Positions 45,535 through 56,947 of a stretch of DNA of 64,000 bases are shown piece after piece. Position numbers and translations under genes: made by a program. Below the pieces are notes generated by a model. It had not been told where the DNA came from and did not search any database. It saw nothing but the letters and a program-made list of their open reading frames with translations. Source of the DNA: Leidyana gryllorum EB-2025a (lineage: Eukaryota; Protista; Apicomplexa); the NCBI GenBank assembly GCA_048772705.1, contig JBLWGC010000035.1, positions 310,001-374,000 on the forward strand. Direction: 5' to 3'. The number at the start of each line of letters is the position of its first letter. The stretch's first letter is position 1.

Positions 45535-47048
45535 CTAAAGACTTTTCTTTTCCGTAATGTCGGTAACGGTCATTCTTATGGACGTTCGCTCCAGCCGCTC
45601 CAAGTATTTCATGCCCAGCGCCGCACTCGGAGACAACCATCCAAATCGGTCCGTGCAGTCATTCGGCTGCAATCAGATATGGCATGGCAACGAAATCGTG
45701 ACAACGAAATCGTGGCAACGAAATCGTGACACACCCACACACGCACGCACACACACAAGAACAGGCCGTTGTCAGTCATTCAAGCCCCGCAGGGGGCGGG
45801 AGACGGCTGTTCGCAATAACATGGAACCGAACTTACCTCCACACTCAGCATTTTAGCTGCCTCCGAGACAAATATAGCAGCAGCTTGGTACGCTTCACCG
45901 CCGTCCAATCTCCCTATAAGACAACAAGGAGTTTTGATGAGGGAACGTTGTGGAACGGACTCACAGTTGACGTTCACCACTTTCTCCACCAGCGGGTTGG
46001 CTCCCTCGTGTGAAGGAACAGCATCGATGTGTGCTACCATGTCGGACTCCATAAAAGCGGTTTGGGGATCGATAGCAGGACCTTCGCCTTGAGTGGGCAG
46101 CCATTTCCAAGTGAATGGCAGCTGTGCCAGACAAATAAGCAAGAAGAACTGAATCCAGATCAGCAGGCTATACAGATAAGCAATGGCCGTGTATCTGTGC
46201 TTTTCGCCCCCTCTGTAGACAAGATTGCGACCCCAGGCATGATCTTGCAGCTGGTTGCTCCAATGAATATATTTGCTCATCAAGCTGGACATGACGAACG
46301 GGACACAATAGTACCCCTTATCATACACTCGGGCGGGGAACAGTTGATATCGATTCATCCCCACAGCCAGGGTTGTGGTTTTGGCATCGGGTTCTTCACC
46401 GGGGCACATGGCGTACGGATTGACGTAGTACGGGACGATGTTCCGTAGCCCCTTGGATCGCACCATATGCAGTCCAGAGTGTGCAGTGCCGCCACTGACA
46501 AATGGTGTGGATTGCTCGAAGGCATGGACAACCTCGCGCGGGTAGGGTTGGTAAACGGCGCGAATGTTTGGGTCTGATAGATAACGTTGGAGCTGTAGCA
46601 TCATGATATCGTTGGGGACAAAGTCGAAGCCGCACGATGTGATCATCTTTAGTTTGCGTTTGGAAGCCTCCTGGTTATACTTCTGTGCCATTTTAAGGCT
46701 CCAAGGAAGTTCGGCCGTAATGTCAACATAATGAGTATCCGCTGCCAGGCAGGCCGCAACAATGGATTCCCCACTCAAGGTATAGGGACCGGCGAGCGCA
46801 ACTAGAACCCTGGTCTGCTCGCACATCTGACGTATTGAGGCCTCATCCTCCAAGTTAGCAACCACATATGGGATTTCAACGGAGTATTTCATACGCAGAG
46901 TAGCCACCAATGCCTCAAGTTTGCTGACATTGCGACCTGCAACTGCCCATCTAACTTCCTCCTTGTTGTTCTGCGCCAAGTATTCGCAAGTCAAGCGACC
47001 AGTGTAACCAGTCGCGCCCCACACTGTGATGTCGACTTTCGCCGCCAT
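45535..47048 (-). CDS. Saccharopine dehydrogenase-like oxidoreductase (SCCPDH / trans-acting enoyl reductase family)
   Basis: VWGATGYTGRL, WAVAGRN..KL, AGPYTLSGE.IVAAC....THYVDITAE, SCGFDFVP.D, SGGT; last exon GWLSPSAALGMKYLERL follows a 170-nt intron (45667-45836). Confidence 0.9.
45688..45729 (+). repeat. 3 x 14-bp tandem repeat (CAACGAAATCGTGR) followed by a CA-rich tract, inside an intron
   Basis: Seen directly. Confidence 0.9.
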
Positions 47049-47108
47049 TTGATGATGAAATTAATATGTCTAAATGTGTTGAAGGAGCGACACTGTCTCC
47101 CCACTCTT

Positions 47109-49337
47109 CTAGCTGTCAGGTTGTAAACGAAGTTTAAGTCCTTCCATTCTCTCACACAAACTTGGGGTCTTCCAATGCACGTAGACACACAGACTCACCA
47201 GCAGCACTGACGTCCACACAGCATGTTGGCCGAAACCGGAGTCGCAAATCCTCAATGCTGTATTCTCGTCCAAACAAGCAGCCTGGTTTGTCTTGAATGT
47301 CCAAGCAATGGCACCCATCACCAAGCATACCAAGGTGATGCACGACAACAGGAGCGTCGCTCCTCCCAAAAGTGATGCACAGAAAAACACACTGCGTGGA
47401 TGATCTGCAGGACGGAAACCCACACATCGTTGAGCTTGACGTAATGGCTTCCACCACATCCAGTCGCTGACTCGTGTCCGACCAGCCACTGGCGCTTCCA
47501 CTTGATCACCGAGCATACACACGCTACGTCCATTACCCGCACTCCTCGAACGGAACATCCCCGGACAACATCCTTCAGCTGACGCCTCACCAGAAGCATC
47601 TCGACTTCTCCCGATCCGACTGCGGATGCGACGCGCAGTGCTTCTCAGTCCTCTCAGATGAAAATTGTTCCCTCGACGGTTCGCAGCACTACCACCATGC
47701 CTCGCCGTCAGGTCAATCAGTGCCCAACTTGGATCTCGTCCCACTCGCTGATGGCCATTGCCTGAAGTAGAAGGAGGAACTGTGACCTGTACCACAGGAC
47801 TCAGGAATGCCGGAGACGCTTCTCCTTGCATCTCCGAGCCTCCGTCCATTATTGGCCGCTTCGTAGCGATGGCCAACACTGTTTGAGCCTGACTTGAACG
47901 TGTGTGCGAACACAAATGGAGACACATTATGCTCCACTCTGCAACAATCAAACACAAAGACAAGGCAAGCATGGCTGCTGTCATCCTTCCAGCACTCCTG
48001 TGGGGACACAACACATAGGCAGATCACAGATGGATCACTCACTGGAATAACTTAAGTTGACCACAGTCCACATCTCTGAAACTGGGGCCATACAATAGAT
48101 GGTAGAGGGCCAATCGTCGCATACGCGGAGGAGAATTCTCCAAGGCCTGTGCCAAAGTCTGGGTTCCAAGCAACTGCCGCGCCGCTTGTGCTTGAAGTTC
48201 GCCATCGCAGAACGTATCTGTACTTGCTGGGGTCATGGAGCGAGCAATAGAGGAGTAGGACACTGGTAGCTCCCGAACCGATGCGGCAGCTGCGGGCAGC
48301 TGGTTGGTCTGAGTTTCTGTGAGCCTACTGACGCCGGTGAGACTCAAGACTGTCCTGCTGCGTACTCCTGGATCCAGGGCATAGGAGATCTCGACGTGTC
48401 GCCAATCCTCAGCGAGCAGTGCTGCGAAAAGGGTCCATATCAGGAGGGGATAGAGAATGAAAACCCGAGCTGCGATCGTGATCTGCAGGGGATGAACTCT
48501 CGCAAGCACTGGTGCCAGTAGCTGATTGCGCAAAGAGCGGGGTGCTTCTGTGGGGGAACTTTTCCATAGATTTCGAAAGTTCAAAGTATTCTTCCATCTG
48601 GCTGCAGGGGGCTCAGGACCTACCATCGAGGTGACTGCTCGCGCTTGAGGGGGAGAGGGATCGAGGAACGGAGGAGATTGCAGTACTTGTATGATGCCCG
48701 GAGACGACGCGGTTGGTGCCTGGGTCGGTTGGGATGCAAAGTTTGGACTTTGCATATCCCCTGCATAGGATCCGATTTGAGTGGGCGGGCATTCTTTCAG
48801 AGCGGAAGTGTCCAATCTGGGAGGTGAAGGGATGCTGGGTCGAGTGGGGACCACCTGATGACCGTCCTCGAAAGGGTTAAGAGGGAGTCGGGCTCCTCTG
48901 GTGGAGAGACACGCAGGATCTTCCAAACGACCGGCTTCCAAGGCGTCCTGAAGGAGCATAGTGCCCAAGTTGGCGCCTCGGTAGGCGAGGCTGGTCTGAT
49001 CGCCGAAGTGACTTTCGGATGAAGAGAAGGATTCAGGCTCATTGGACTTGTTGAAACTTGGGGGAGGGCATGGCAGTGGAGAAACGGTCACGCGACAATC
49101 GTCGTCTGAACGTTCATAGGGGCTGAACACACGAGGTTCATAGACTGCTGCGCCTTCTGGTATCACACTCGGTGGTGAAAAGGGTGCCGGTTGGGGGAAG
49201 TTATTCGGATCAGCAGTAGGAGTTTGCAGTTCGATCTCTGTCCATCCATGATTTCTGCGTGGAATGGCTCCCTCGGGAAGCGTGACGGGGCCTGCAGCTT
49301 TCTCGTCAGCATTAAGCGAGTTTCCTTCGTCACCCAT
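47109..49337 (-). CDS. Four-TM protein with long Pro/Ser-rich N-terminus, claudin/PMP22-like topology
   Basis: Two exons joined at TTC CA|gtgagt..cag|G AGT. TM1-DW..V..LSLTG..C..DCGQLKLFQSAG-TM2..TM3-C..C.SGFG..W-TM4. Confidence 0.6.
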
Positions 49338-49540
49338 GGCGCCTGGATAACTGTGTTTGGCTCACAGAACAAACATGATGGTCATTAAGCAGGCGTCAGC
49401 CGGGCGGCTGGCTGACTGACTCTTGACTGTTCAACCTGGTCTGTTCATTGGCAACAATATATAAACCGGTTCATCCAGCATCACATGTGAGGCCCCCGTG
49501 ACAAAATAGTCGCTCTAAGTGCGGGCGATTAGTCTTATGG

Positions 49541-50441
49541 TCACTGGCTTGCTGAGGGTCGAGGAGATCCAGACACTCCATCAGCCGCCCTCTCCGGCTG
49601 AGCCACATCTCGAGTTCGCCCTTGATGTTGTGGATTGGGAGCAGTCAGCGTACGGGCGTCTGACGCTCCAGGAGGCTGTGCACCGCTCTGTCCATATTGA
49701 GGTGACGGAAGATTAGGAGCGTGTGGGAGCGGGGGGTTGTGAGCAGGATATTGTTGATGAGGCTGCGGTGGTTGTTGGTAGTGTGGTGATGGTGGTGGAT
49801 TCTGTTGGTAAGGTGTCACTGGATGTGGCTGTTGGTATGCCGTAGATTGATAATTATAGTGGGGTGGCTGTTGATATGATGGCGGAGGACAACCCTGACC
49901 ATAAGTTGCAGGTGCTTGCGGGTAAGGCGATTGCGGGTAAGACGATTGCGGGTAAGCCGATTGCTGTCCAGGCTGTGATTGAGGTCCAATTTGCAAGTTA
50001 GTGGTCAATGGTCGAGCCGATTGCACAACAATCGTCTGCCCGCTCGCCGGCGGGGGTGCCGCCGGAAGTGGCGGCACTCTTTGCCCACCAGCCGCCCTCT
50101 TGCGGTCTTCACGCTTGGACCTCCTCATCGCGCACTCAACACAGAGACAACAGAGACAACAGATACACAAAGATACGATACTGACCACATGCGTTAGGTT
50201 CTGGGATGGACGATGTGCTGACTCACATAAGCACAAATATCGACCTGATCGCTCGCCACAGCTCGTCGCTGTATACCGGGTGCGGCTCGTGGGGGTGGTG
50301 TTTCGAACTCATTTTCCGAAATTCCGATGGTGCTTGGCTCGTGGGGCGACTTCTGCGTGTGACCGTCAGTGGCGAAAATGGTGCCGCTAGTGTGGGGCCC
50401 TCCGGATCAGCAGTGGAGTTGGCACTTCGATCATTATCCAT
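49541..50441 (-). CDS. Single-pass TM / Cys-cluster / Pro-Gln-Tyr tail protein, member A
   Basis: ..LWRAIRSIFVLI|IVSLCICCLCCLCVECA then a PQY-rich tail with PPSY and PPHY; phase-2 intron 50181-50226; start uncertain. Confidence 0.7.
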
Positions 50442-51234
50442 CCAAGATTTGTGTGACCGGGCCAGCGGCTCTGTTGTTCAGCATCGACCGACCGACCGAC
50501 CGACGTGCCGCTGAGTGATCGTCCAGTATGGGCACGATCTCTTCATTAGGAACAACGATTGAGTCCGTCCCATAGCACGTATAGGGTCAGGAGTTAGAAA
50601 GTGGGGACCCTGGGTGACTCCAGTAGTCTTATCACTACTGTGGGGTAAGATGCTGTCGTATACTTGGTAAGGTAGCGATTGCTGTGATTAGGGGGGGAAG
50701 TAGCTGTAGTTGTGGCAGAGTGACGCTCTCCGCGCACACGACTAGGGTGGGGCTCAAGTTTGAATCCAATCCAGGTGGTACACGTCGCGCTGGTCACGGG
50801 ACTCAATAATTATCAAATGGAAAGGACCACGGCACGATACTATGTGCTAAGGGCAATGGGTCAACGCTTGCGAGCATCGTGTGATTATTAGCTTTTTTGA
50901 TGTCATACGCTCCCGTCAAGCCATCACGGTCATGTTGAACTCTCTGAGCGGTGCCACCTCAACTATCTGTCTTCCAGCCGCTCCGTGGCCCTGTTTTGTT
51001 GTGCTGCTGTGAGGTATGAATTGGGTACATGCAGCTGATCTCGAGGCGGTGCAGACGTGATACACTGTTTCCATTGGCGCCTGACAGTTGTGTCTCGGTT
51101 CTGAAGCTGTCCACACATGGAGACACTGGTCAACAAAGACTACTGGAGTGCAATTCGGCCCCGTGAAATGAGTGACTGTGCCTTGAAGTGATCGATGAAC
51201 GATTTTTTGACGTAACTTTCTTTCTTTCGCCACC

Positions 51235-53115
51235 ATGGAGGGACTGAACACACTAATGTTCAATCAAATGCTCGACTTCCTGGAGACATTGGAGATACCG
51301 TATCTGCGAGGTGTTTCCACCAAATTTCGCGATCATATTGATAACAAGTTGATCTCCACACACATCAGTATCGTTGAGGATGACATAGCTTGTCTATCTA
51401 CGCTCCGTGTGTGGACAAGTTGGAAGATGCGGTCTGAGTGGATCGAGCGCTCCCTAAGCGCTATCACCCGCATCTCACTCAGCAGTGCAACACAGACAGT
51501 CATTGATGAATTCGCCAAAGAGATTCTGAAAAAGCCTCTGCTGTTGTCGTTGAGAGAAGTGTGTCTGGACCTCTGGGCGAGGGGACAAGCCCATCATTCG
51601 CTATCGATCAGTTGCCAGTGGCCGTCGCTGGAATACCTGGAAGTCTTGACTCTTCCCGTAGATTGGTTATTGGAGATTGACGCTCCTCGCTTAAAGACGG
51701 CCCTCCTTGGGACACATCTGATCAACTCTATCGAGCATGACTTGATTGGTGGAGACGACTACTCGGAAGATTGGGACACCCTGGCAGAAGAGGTCGGATT
51801 AGTGATTTTCGATGCCGACTGGGCCGGCAGCAAAGAGTCCTGGAAAAGACTAGATGGAGATTTATTGGGTGAAATCTTTGCATTGGCTCTGGTCGACTTG
51901 AGACTGGAGCGCAGTCCACTCAGTGAAGTGTGGCCATCATCTCAGGATGAATTAAGGTACGTAGTGGACTTTTACGACACGTTGGACCAACGATCACACC
52001 ACAGAACAGTGCATCAGCTCATGGTGGTGTGCTCAGAGCGCCTTCAGAAAGAGCTTCCAAGTCGCGTATGCCGGGCTCTAATGGGTCCCGCTCTGTTTCG
52101 GCAGTTTCTGAGCGAGAATTATGTGGTGCGCAGTCAATTATGGGCAGAGTGCGCGGAGACAGGAGACATCAGCGGGGTGCCTTTCTGGGTGGACAAGTTG
52201 CCATTGGGGTTGCATATGCCCGGTGTGCGCGAAGCAACAGATCATTACCACCAATGGGGGCGAACCGAAGCGAGTCAACCCGCTGAAGACATTTTCCACT
52301 TCGCTGGTGGGAACGCAGCAGTCGCAAGGACGGACAAAACGATTCTCGAGAAGATTCCTAAGGCCACGAATCTCAGATCGATTGATTTGTCTTATTGGGC
52401 CCTGAAGGACCTTTTGAAGCTATACGAGGGCGGGATTACATGGCCAGCAGAATGCCTGGTGATTCTCAGAGTACCGCTTCACAATCTCCCTCGTACTCAT
52501 GCGGAGAGTGTTCGAGACATCGAGATCTGGCGGACATCTAAAATCAATTGCGTCGTCCTCATGGATGAGTTTCGAACGACCACACAGATATTCTGGGTGT
52601 ATGTAGTCTGCTACCTCCTGTCGCTCGAAGGTCAAATAATTCGCCTCACCATTTCACACGTCTCCTTCTTTCCCTCACTGTGGCGACGATTGCTGTTGGA
52701 GTTAGCGAGCGGGAAGTATACAAATGACACCTTCACCACGCTTCTCACCCATCTCAAAGGGAAGCATTGGGAGATGAGGAGGGATGTCCATTTGGGGGCC
52801 TTGAGAGACCTCGTGAGCGAGGAGCTGGGGGCTTGTTTTGTCTCGAGTCAGTCGGCTGGGCTTCATTGCTCCCGAGTTGCCTTCCAGCGGTGGTACAGAG
52901 ACATGCTGGCAGAGACTCGCCCTGACTTTAGAGTCAAAGGGACATGTGATCCATATCTATGTGTTGGGAAGGCTCCCACCAATACAGCTTGGCACTTCAA
53001 GCGAGTACTGGCGGGTGACACTACGACGCTTAACGGCTGGGGTGTACCCTGTGACGTTCCGTGGATGCTGACTGACGATCAACGGGGACAGGTCGAAACT
53101 TTGCTGGGTCTGTGA
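51235..53115 (+). CDS. Putative F-box protein (626 aa)
   Basis: N-terminus MEGLNTLMFNQMLDFLETLEIPYLRGVSTKFRDHID fits F-box spacing; LRR-like segments (PSLEYLEV, APRLKT, NLRSIDLS); intronless. Confidence 0.6.
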   Translation: MEGLNTLMFNQMLDFLETLEIPYLRGVSTKFRDHIDNKLISTHISIVEDDIACLSTLRVWTSWKMRSEWIERSLSAITRISLSSATQTVIDEFAKEILKKPLLLSLREVCLDLWARGQAHHSLSISCQWPSLEYLEVLTLPVDWLLEIDAPRLKTALLGTHLINSIEHDLIGGDDYSEDWDTLAEEVGLVIFDADWAGSKESWKRLDGDLLGEIFALALVDLRLERSPLSEVWPSSQDELRYVVDFYDTLDQRSHHRTVHQLMVVCSERLQKELPSRVCRALMGPALFRQFLSENYVVRSQLWAECAETGDISGVPFWVDKLPLGLHMPGVREATDHYHQWGRTEASQPAEDIFHFAGGNAAVARTDKTILEKIPKATNLRSIDLSYWALKDLLKLYEGGITWPAECLVILRVPLHNLPRTHAESVRDIEIWRTSKINCVVLMDEFRTTTQIFWVYVVCYLLSLEGQIIRLTISHVSFFPSLWRRLLLELASGKYTNDTFTTLLTHLKGKHWEMRRDVHLGALRDLVSEELGACFVSSQSAGLHCSRVAFQRWYRDMLAETRPDFRVKGTCDPYLCVGKAPTNTAWHFKRVLAGDTTTLNGWGVPCDVPWMLTDDQRGQVETLLGL

Positions 53116-53331
53116 GCATGAAGTGCGGATACACAAAGCTAAAAAGAGGGTGCCTTGGTGTGACGGACGCATCATCTGATGTCAGGGATGGCGAAGTTTA
53201 GTTGTACAGGAATGCCACCTATTTGCAGTTGACATGCACAGACGAATAATAAAATAAGAGGGATTGCCCTCGAGTAGCTTGAAGCGACAAGTGTTGGGTG
53301 GCCAAAGTCTCTATACCTCGATGACGATAAA

Positions 53332-53918
53332 TCACTGGGGGAGTGGAGGGGTTGCGGTTTGAGGGATGGTGGGTGCAGTCTGGCCATGTAGTGTAGGCGG
53401 ACACACGTAAACCAAAGCTCGATCTGGAGCTGGCCCGGCGGTGGTATACTCCTGTTGGCTCGGAACGGCATAAGGAGGATAACTGGCAGGGTGCGCATAC
53501 ACGAACTGCTGGCCATATCCAGGGTGTACCGGTACCGGCTGAAGGATGCCGGCTTGTTGTGGCCATGGCTCTGGAGCATTCGTAGCATTCTCGGGCTGCT
53601 TCATACAGCTGACGAGACCTCCGGCTGGCTGTTGTGAAGCTTTGGCACCTTTCAAATCATTCTTGGCTGCTTTGGATGCCGATTTTTCCTGATCTTGCGG
53701 TTCTTTGGTTGCCATCTTCTCCGCATTTTTGCCATTGGAGTCGGATTGTTTAGCGCAGCCCCGAATGCAGCCCCACAGGCAGCACATACAGCAGCCGCTG
53801 TGTCACAGGTCGAAAGTGCAGGACGACACATTTACACTCACAGGATTGCCAGACCGATGACAAAGGCGAGAACTTCTTGCCATATTGGTCGTTTCTGTTT
53901 TATTACCCAATCAGCCAT
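53332..53918 (-). CDS. Single-pass TM / Cys-cluster / Pro-Gln-Tyr tail protein, member B
   Basis: MADWVIKQKRPIWQEVLAFVIGLAIL|GCCMCCLWGCIRGC..PASYPPYAVP; phase-2 intron 53798-53841. Confidence 0.75.
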
Positions 53919-54189
53919 TGAGTTGCACCTTAGTTGTACTGTGGTTTTTTGCTTTTCGACCTCGATAGCCAGTCTGAGGCTTTTTTCTGGCCAGTCACAA
54001 CTGATCAGTGTACTTCCGCCCCTACCTGGGCCCACTAAGACAGCTCGAAATAAACCTATGGAGCAACACACTGGAATTCTATAACCCTTCAGGATCTGCT
54101 GAGAGGGTCCCCGCGCCAGAAAGATCTTGAATAGAGGAGAGAGTAGTGCACGAAGCAACCTTTCAATAGTTCTTTCCCGGAATGCGCCG

Positions 54190-54749
54190 TCAGGAGGTGT
54201 ACATGGCGTACATTTGCTGCGGTTGACCCTCAACCTGACTGTGAGCTGTCCCTGCTGCTGCTTGTGGTGGCACCTGGGCCCCCGCAAGATACCCTAGTGA
54301 AGGCGGGGGTGGGGCCGGAGTTGTTGCCGTCATCTGATGTACTTGCGGCAAACTTGTTTGAGGCACATTCTGCACCGGAATGTACTGCCAGCCCGGCTGC
54401 AGCACTGTGGTAGTTCCCAAGACCGCTCCATTGGCATCCAGTACGAGCGCTGGTACGCGAGCTTGTGGGGCGGGTTGCGACTTGACGCTCAGAGGTAATG
54501 GTAAAGCCGGAGTCATCTTGGGGGACTCAACGTGGGTCGACTGGGCCCATTTCATTGCGGCACATACACAGGCCGCTACGCAACAACACACTCTGAAGTG
54601 TTCGAGAAAGTGATCTGGATGAACTCATCATCTTCTTACGTGAGTGCTGCGCAAATAGCTAGGACCAAAATGATCAACCATTCGGGGCGCTCGCGGACAG
54701 CCGGTGGCACCCATACAAACTCGGTCGTGAAGTCCATATCTAGTTCCAT
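54190..54749 (-). CDS. Single-pass TM / Cys-cluster / Pro-Gln tail protein, member C
   Basis: MELDMDFTTEFVWVPPAVRERPEWLIILVLAICAALT|VCCCVAACVCAA..; phase-2 intron 54593-54639. Confidence 0.75.
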
Positions 54750-55074
54750 GGTGATTTGTGATACTAAAATTGAGTGTTTTGTGCCTATACGGATTGATGG
54801 AGCGCGGAATAGGCATTCGCGACAGAACCAGTTTCGGCAGCAACTCCGGTACCCCTCTCAAAAATAGAAGGATGCCCCTATCCTTGGGTGAAACGAGTTG
54901 ATGGACACGAGGAGACACAGGGGGAACACACACTTCGACGACCGTCAAATGGCGAATACGACGCTTCAAACCCCATGAAGTGGTTGCCGCCGTCTCTCTA
55001 TTTGCACAAAGGTTGTCAACTTCATCATCAACAATTCCACTGAACGTGTAGTCGTCGCATGGTAACAAGAATTC

Positions 55075-55174
55075 GTCGAGCTGCCGAGGCTCTTCAAAAA
55101 GTGAGTTACAGAAGTCGAGGTCCTCACTGCACCATCTAGTAAAAGGCGAGATGGTGATAAGCGATGAGGGCCTT
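55075..55174 (-). ncRNA. U5: U5 spliceosomal snRNA
   Basis: Invariant loop 1 GCCUUUUAC closed by a perfect CACCAUCU/AGAUGGUG stem; lower stem CCUCAU/GUGAGG; Sm-like site ACUUUUUGA; 3' hairpin GAGC-CUCGGCA-GCUC. Ends approximate. Confidence 0.92.
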
Positions 55175-55251
55175 CCGAAACAAATTATTTTCCCACTGCC
55201 GAGGGAGCTGTGTTGCTCCTCTCTCTCACAATTTTGTTACGGTCACCTTGT

Positions 55252-55611
55252 TACACCTTTTTGAGTAAACCCTTACCAAAACGACCACTAACACCTCAGT
55301 TCCGGCCTAGTCATCTTTTTTCATCTCTATCAGTTCCTAAAATGGTCATCATGGCGACAACTGCTGGATTCCAATCCACCTCCTTCGTGCCATAACGAAA
55401 CCTTGACCGATCCCGAAGTCTACCTCTACCCCCAAACAGGTCATCCTGGTCGAACGACCCTTCACCTATAAGGAGAGGAACCCCAGAACCCCCATCGCGC
55501 AAACGACACCGGACTCAACTGGACATCCAAGACTAATCGAACGGGGGAATGGTACACCCTTTTTAGTACACTTTAAGTAACAACGAACACTTGCACCTTA
55601 GTTCCGGCCTA
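55252..55611. repeat. Two diverged direct copies of a ~60-bp element (55252-55310 and 55553-55611)
   Basis: ACACC(C)TTTTT(G)AGTA.AC..TA..AACGA.CACT..CACCTYAGTTCCGGCCTA in both copies, ~300 bp apart. Confidence 0.75.
55291..55357 (-). ncRNA. Candidate compact dual-guide box C/D snoRNA
   Basis: cgcc-AUGAUGA (C)-CCAUUUUAGGAA-CUGA (D')-..GAUGA (C')-CUAGGCCGGAA-CUGA (D)-ggug, with a 4-bp terminal stem. Confidence 0.5.
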
Positions 55612-55889
55612 ATTCTCCTAGTTCTCTCCTCTTGTGTCCCTCATTCCGACCCAAACATCACTTTGAACACTGTCCTGTCGGTATCTGACGCGAACCGACT
55701 GCTCAGGGATCACGGGTTTTACACTAATTGATATCTCTCTGCTGGGGACATATGTCGGTCGTTCACTGATCGTTCGTTCATTTGAAGGCTCTCTATGCGG
55801 GGTAGACTAGTTTACAAATTTCGGTCAGGGCCGTCGTCCCAGCGAAGGGGACACAACGAGCATGAGTGAATGATTTAGCTAAAATCTTC

Positions 55890-56052
55890 AACTTACCTGC
55901 GGGGTGCAGTAACTGTATCAAGAAGCGGTTCGTAGGGGGAGGAGCAGCCATTGCACTACTGGTGTTTGTGATTCCTCCGGGAGGGCTCAACTAAGTTTTG
56001 TTCTCCCACCCGAGACTTTCTGAGAAGGCGGACGGGGCTCGTCCCGACGCCG
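55890..56052 (+). ncRNA. U1: U1 spliceosomal snRNA
   Basis: ACUUACCUG 5'-splice-site recognition sequence (55891-99), loop I AUCAAGAAG, loop II AUUGCAC, stem III GGGAGGGC/GUUCUCCC, Sm-like site ACUUUCUGA (56015-23), GC-rich 3' hairpin. Confidence 0.93.
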
Positions 56053-56438
56053 ACATCCGAGCCATGGACGTAAGTGATCGACGCCAGCATTGGAGCAGCA
56101 GATGTCAACGAGTGGGAGCACCACTTCTCGGACATGGAACTGAAAGTCTCATGCGGTCGGCAGATTTGTGGAGATCCACCTCTGAAGGATGAATGAAAGT
56201 GTAGAAGGTGGAGACCGACTCAACAAATCGGTCCCTATCAATCGGTGAGCCGATCGGTTCGACCACCTAACTCTACAGCAGGATAGATCTGATTCCAAAA
56301 TCGATATACCTACGGCGAAAGCCATGTCAAAAGACTACTTCTGACCGATAGAATGAAAATTGCGACAGAATTGGCAGCCACTGGAACCTAACATCTACAT
56401 CTGGAGATGCTTGGCCAGTGTGAGGTGGACTCAAGTAG

Positions 56439-56947
56439 TCAAGACCGTGCATTATATGCTTGTGGCGGCGGAATGGTTGCTGGTGGGTAAGCGGCCTGGG
56501 GATACATTGCTGGTTGCGGCGGGTAATATGGTTGCGGATAGGTTGGTAGTGGGGGCTGTTGGGGCACAGCACGTGACGCCGGAGGACACTGCTCGTGTGT
56601 GGCCCCCACGTTGAAATTGCCAGAGACTGGTTGGGAGGCCTCGATCACAATGCGGGTGCACGGCTTCTCAGGCGACCCCCCAGCCTGTTGCGAGTGAGCC
56701 ACTGGCGAGGCCGACTTCTCACGAGAAGCATCTTTTTTGAATTGCATCAGGGGTCTCGGATAGCCATACTTCTGACGGGATGGGAACCATCCACACCAGA
56801 GGATCCGGCAGACGATGGCAATGCCGATCCTGTTGCAGCTACCTTTTCAATCAACGAGTCAACTTACGCAATGGACACCGCCATCCACACATATCCCCAC
56901 CATGGGATTTGCACCTTTGGTGGGTCGAGTTTGCTGAAGTTGGACAT
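56439..56947 (-). CDS. Single-pass TM / Pro-Tyr tail protein, member D
   Basis: MSNFSKLDPPKVQIPWWGYVWMAVSIA|IGIAIVCRILWCGWF..PPLPTYPQPYYPPQPAMYPQAAYPP; phase-2 intron 56830-56867. Confidence 0.75.

Noticed and set aside
45667-45836. Intronic snoRNA in the unusually long SCCPDH intron
   Set aside because: No good C box; the extra length is largely explained by the 14-bp repeat and CA tract.
54628-55068. 146-aa minus-strand ORF
   Set aside because: No ATG start; its frame runs out of U5 and it overlaps exon 1 of family member C in another frame.
55264-55278. TAAACCCTTACC as a telomerase RNA template
   Set aside because: Not 1.5 copies of one repeat, and not conserved in the second copy of the element.
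55330-55350. CCATTTT resemblance to the dinoflagellate/Perkinsus spliced leader
   Set aside because: Only 7 nt match; the flanking CCGTAG and GGCTCAAG are absent. A C/D-box reading fits better.
55695-55880. U3-like 5' end (GACTGCTCAGGGATCA) and box B-like GAGCATGA
   Set aside because: No convincing C', C and D boxes in the right order before U1 begins.
56060-56330. Small gene downstream of U1
   Set aside because: Splice-like signals occur on both strands but I could not build a coherent reading frame.
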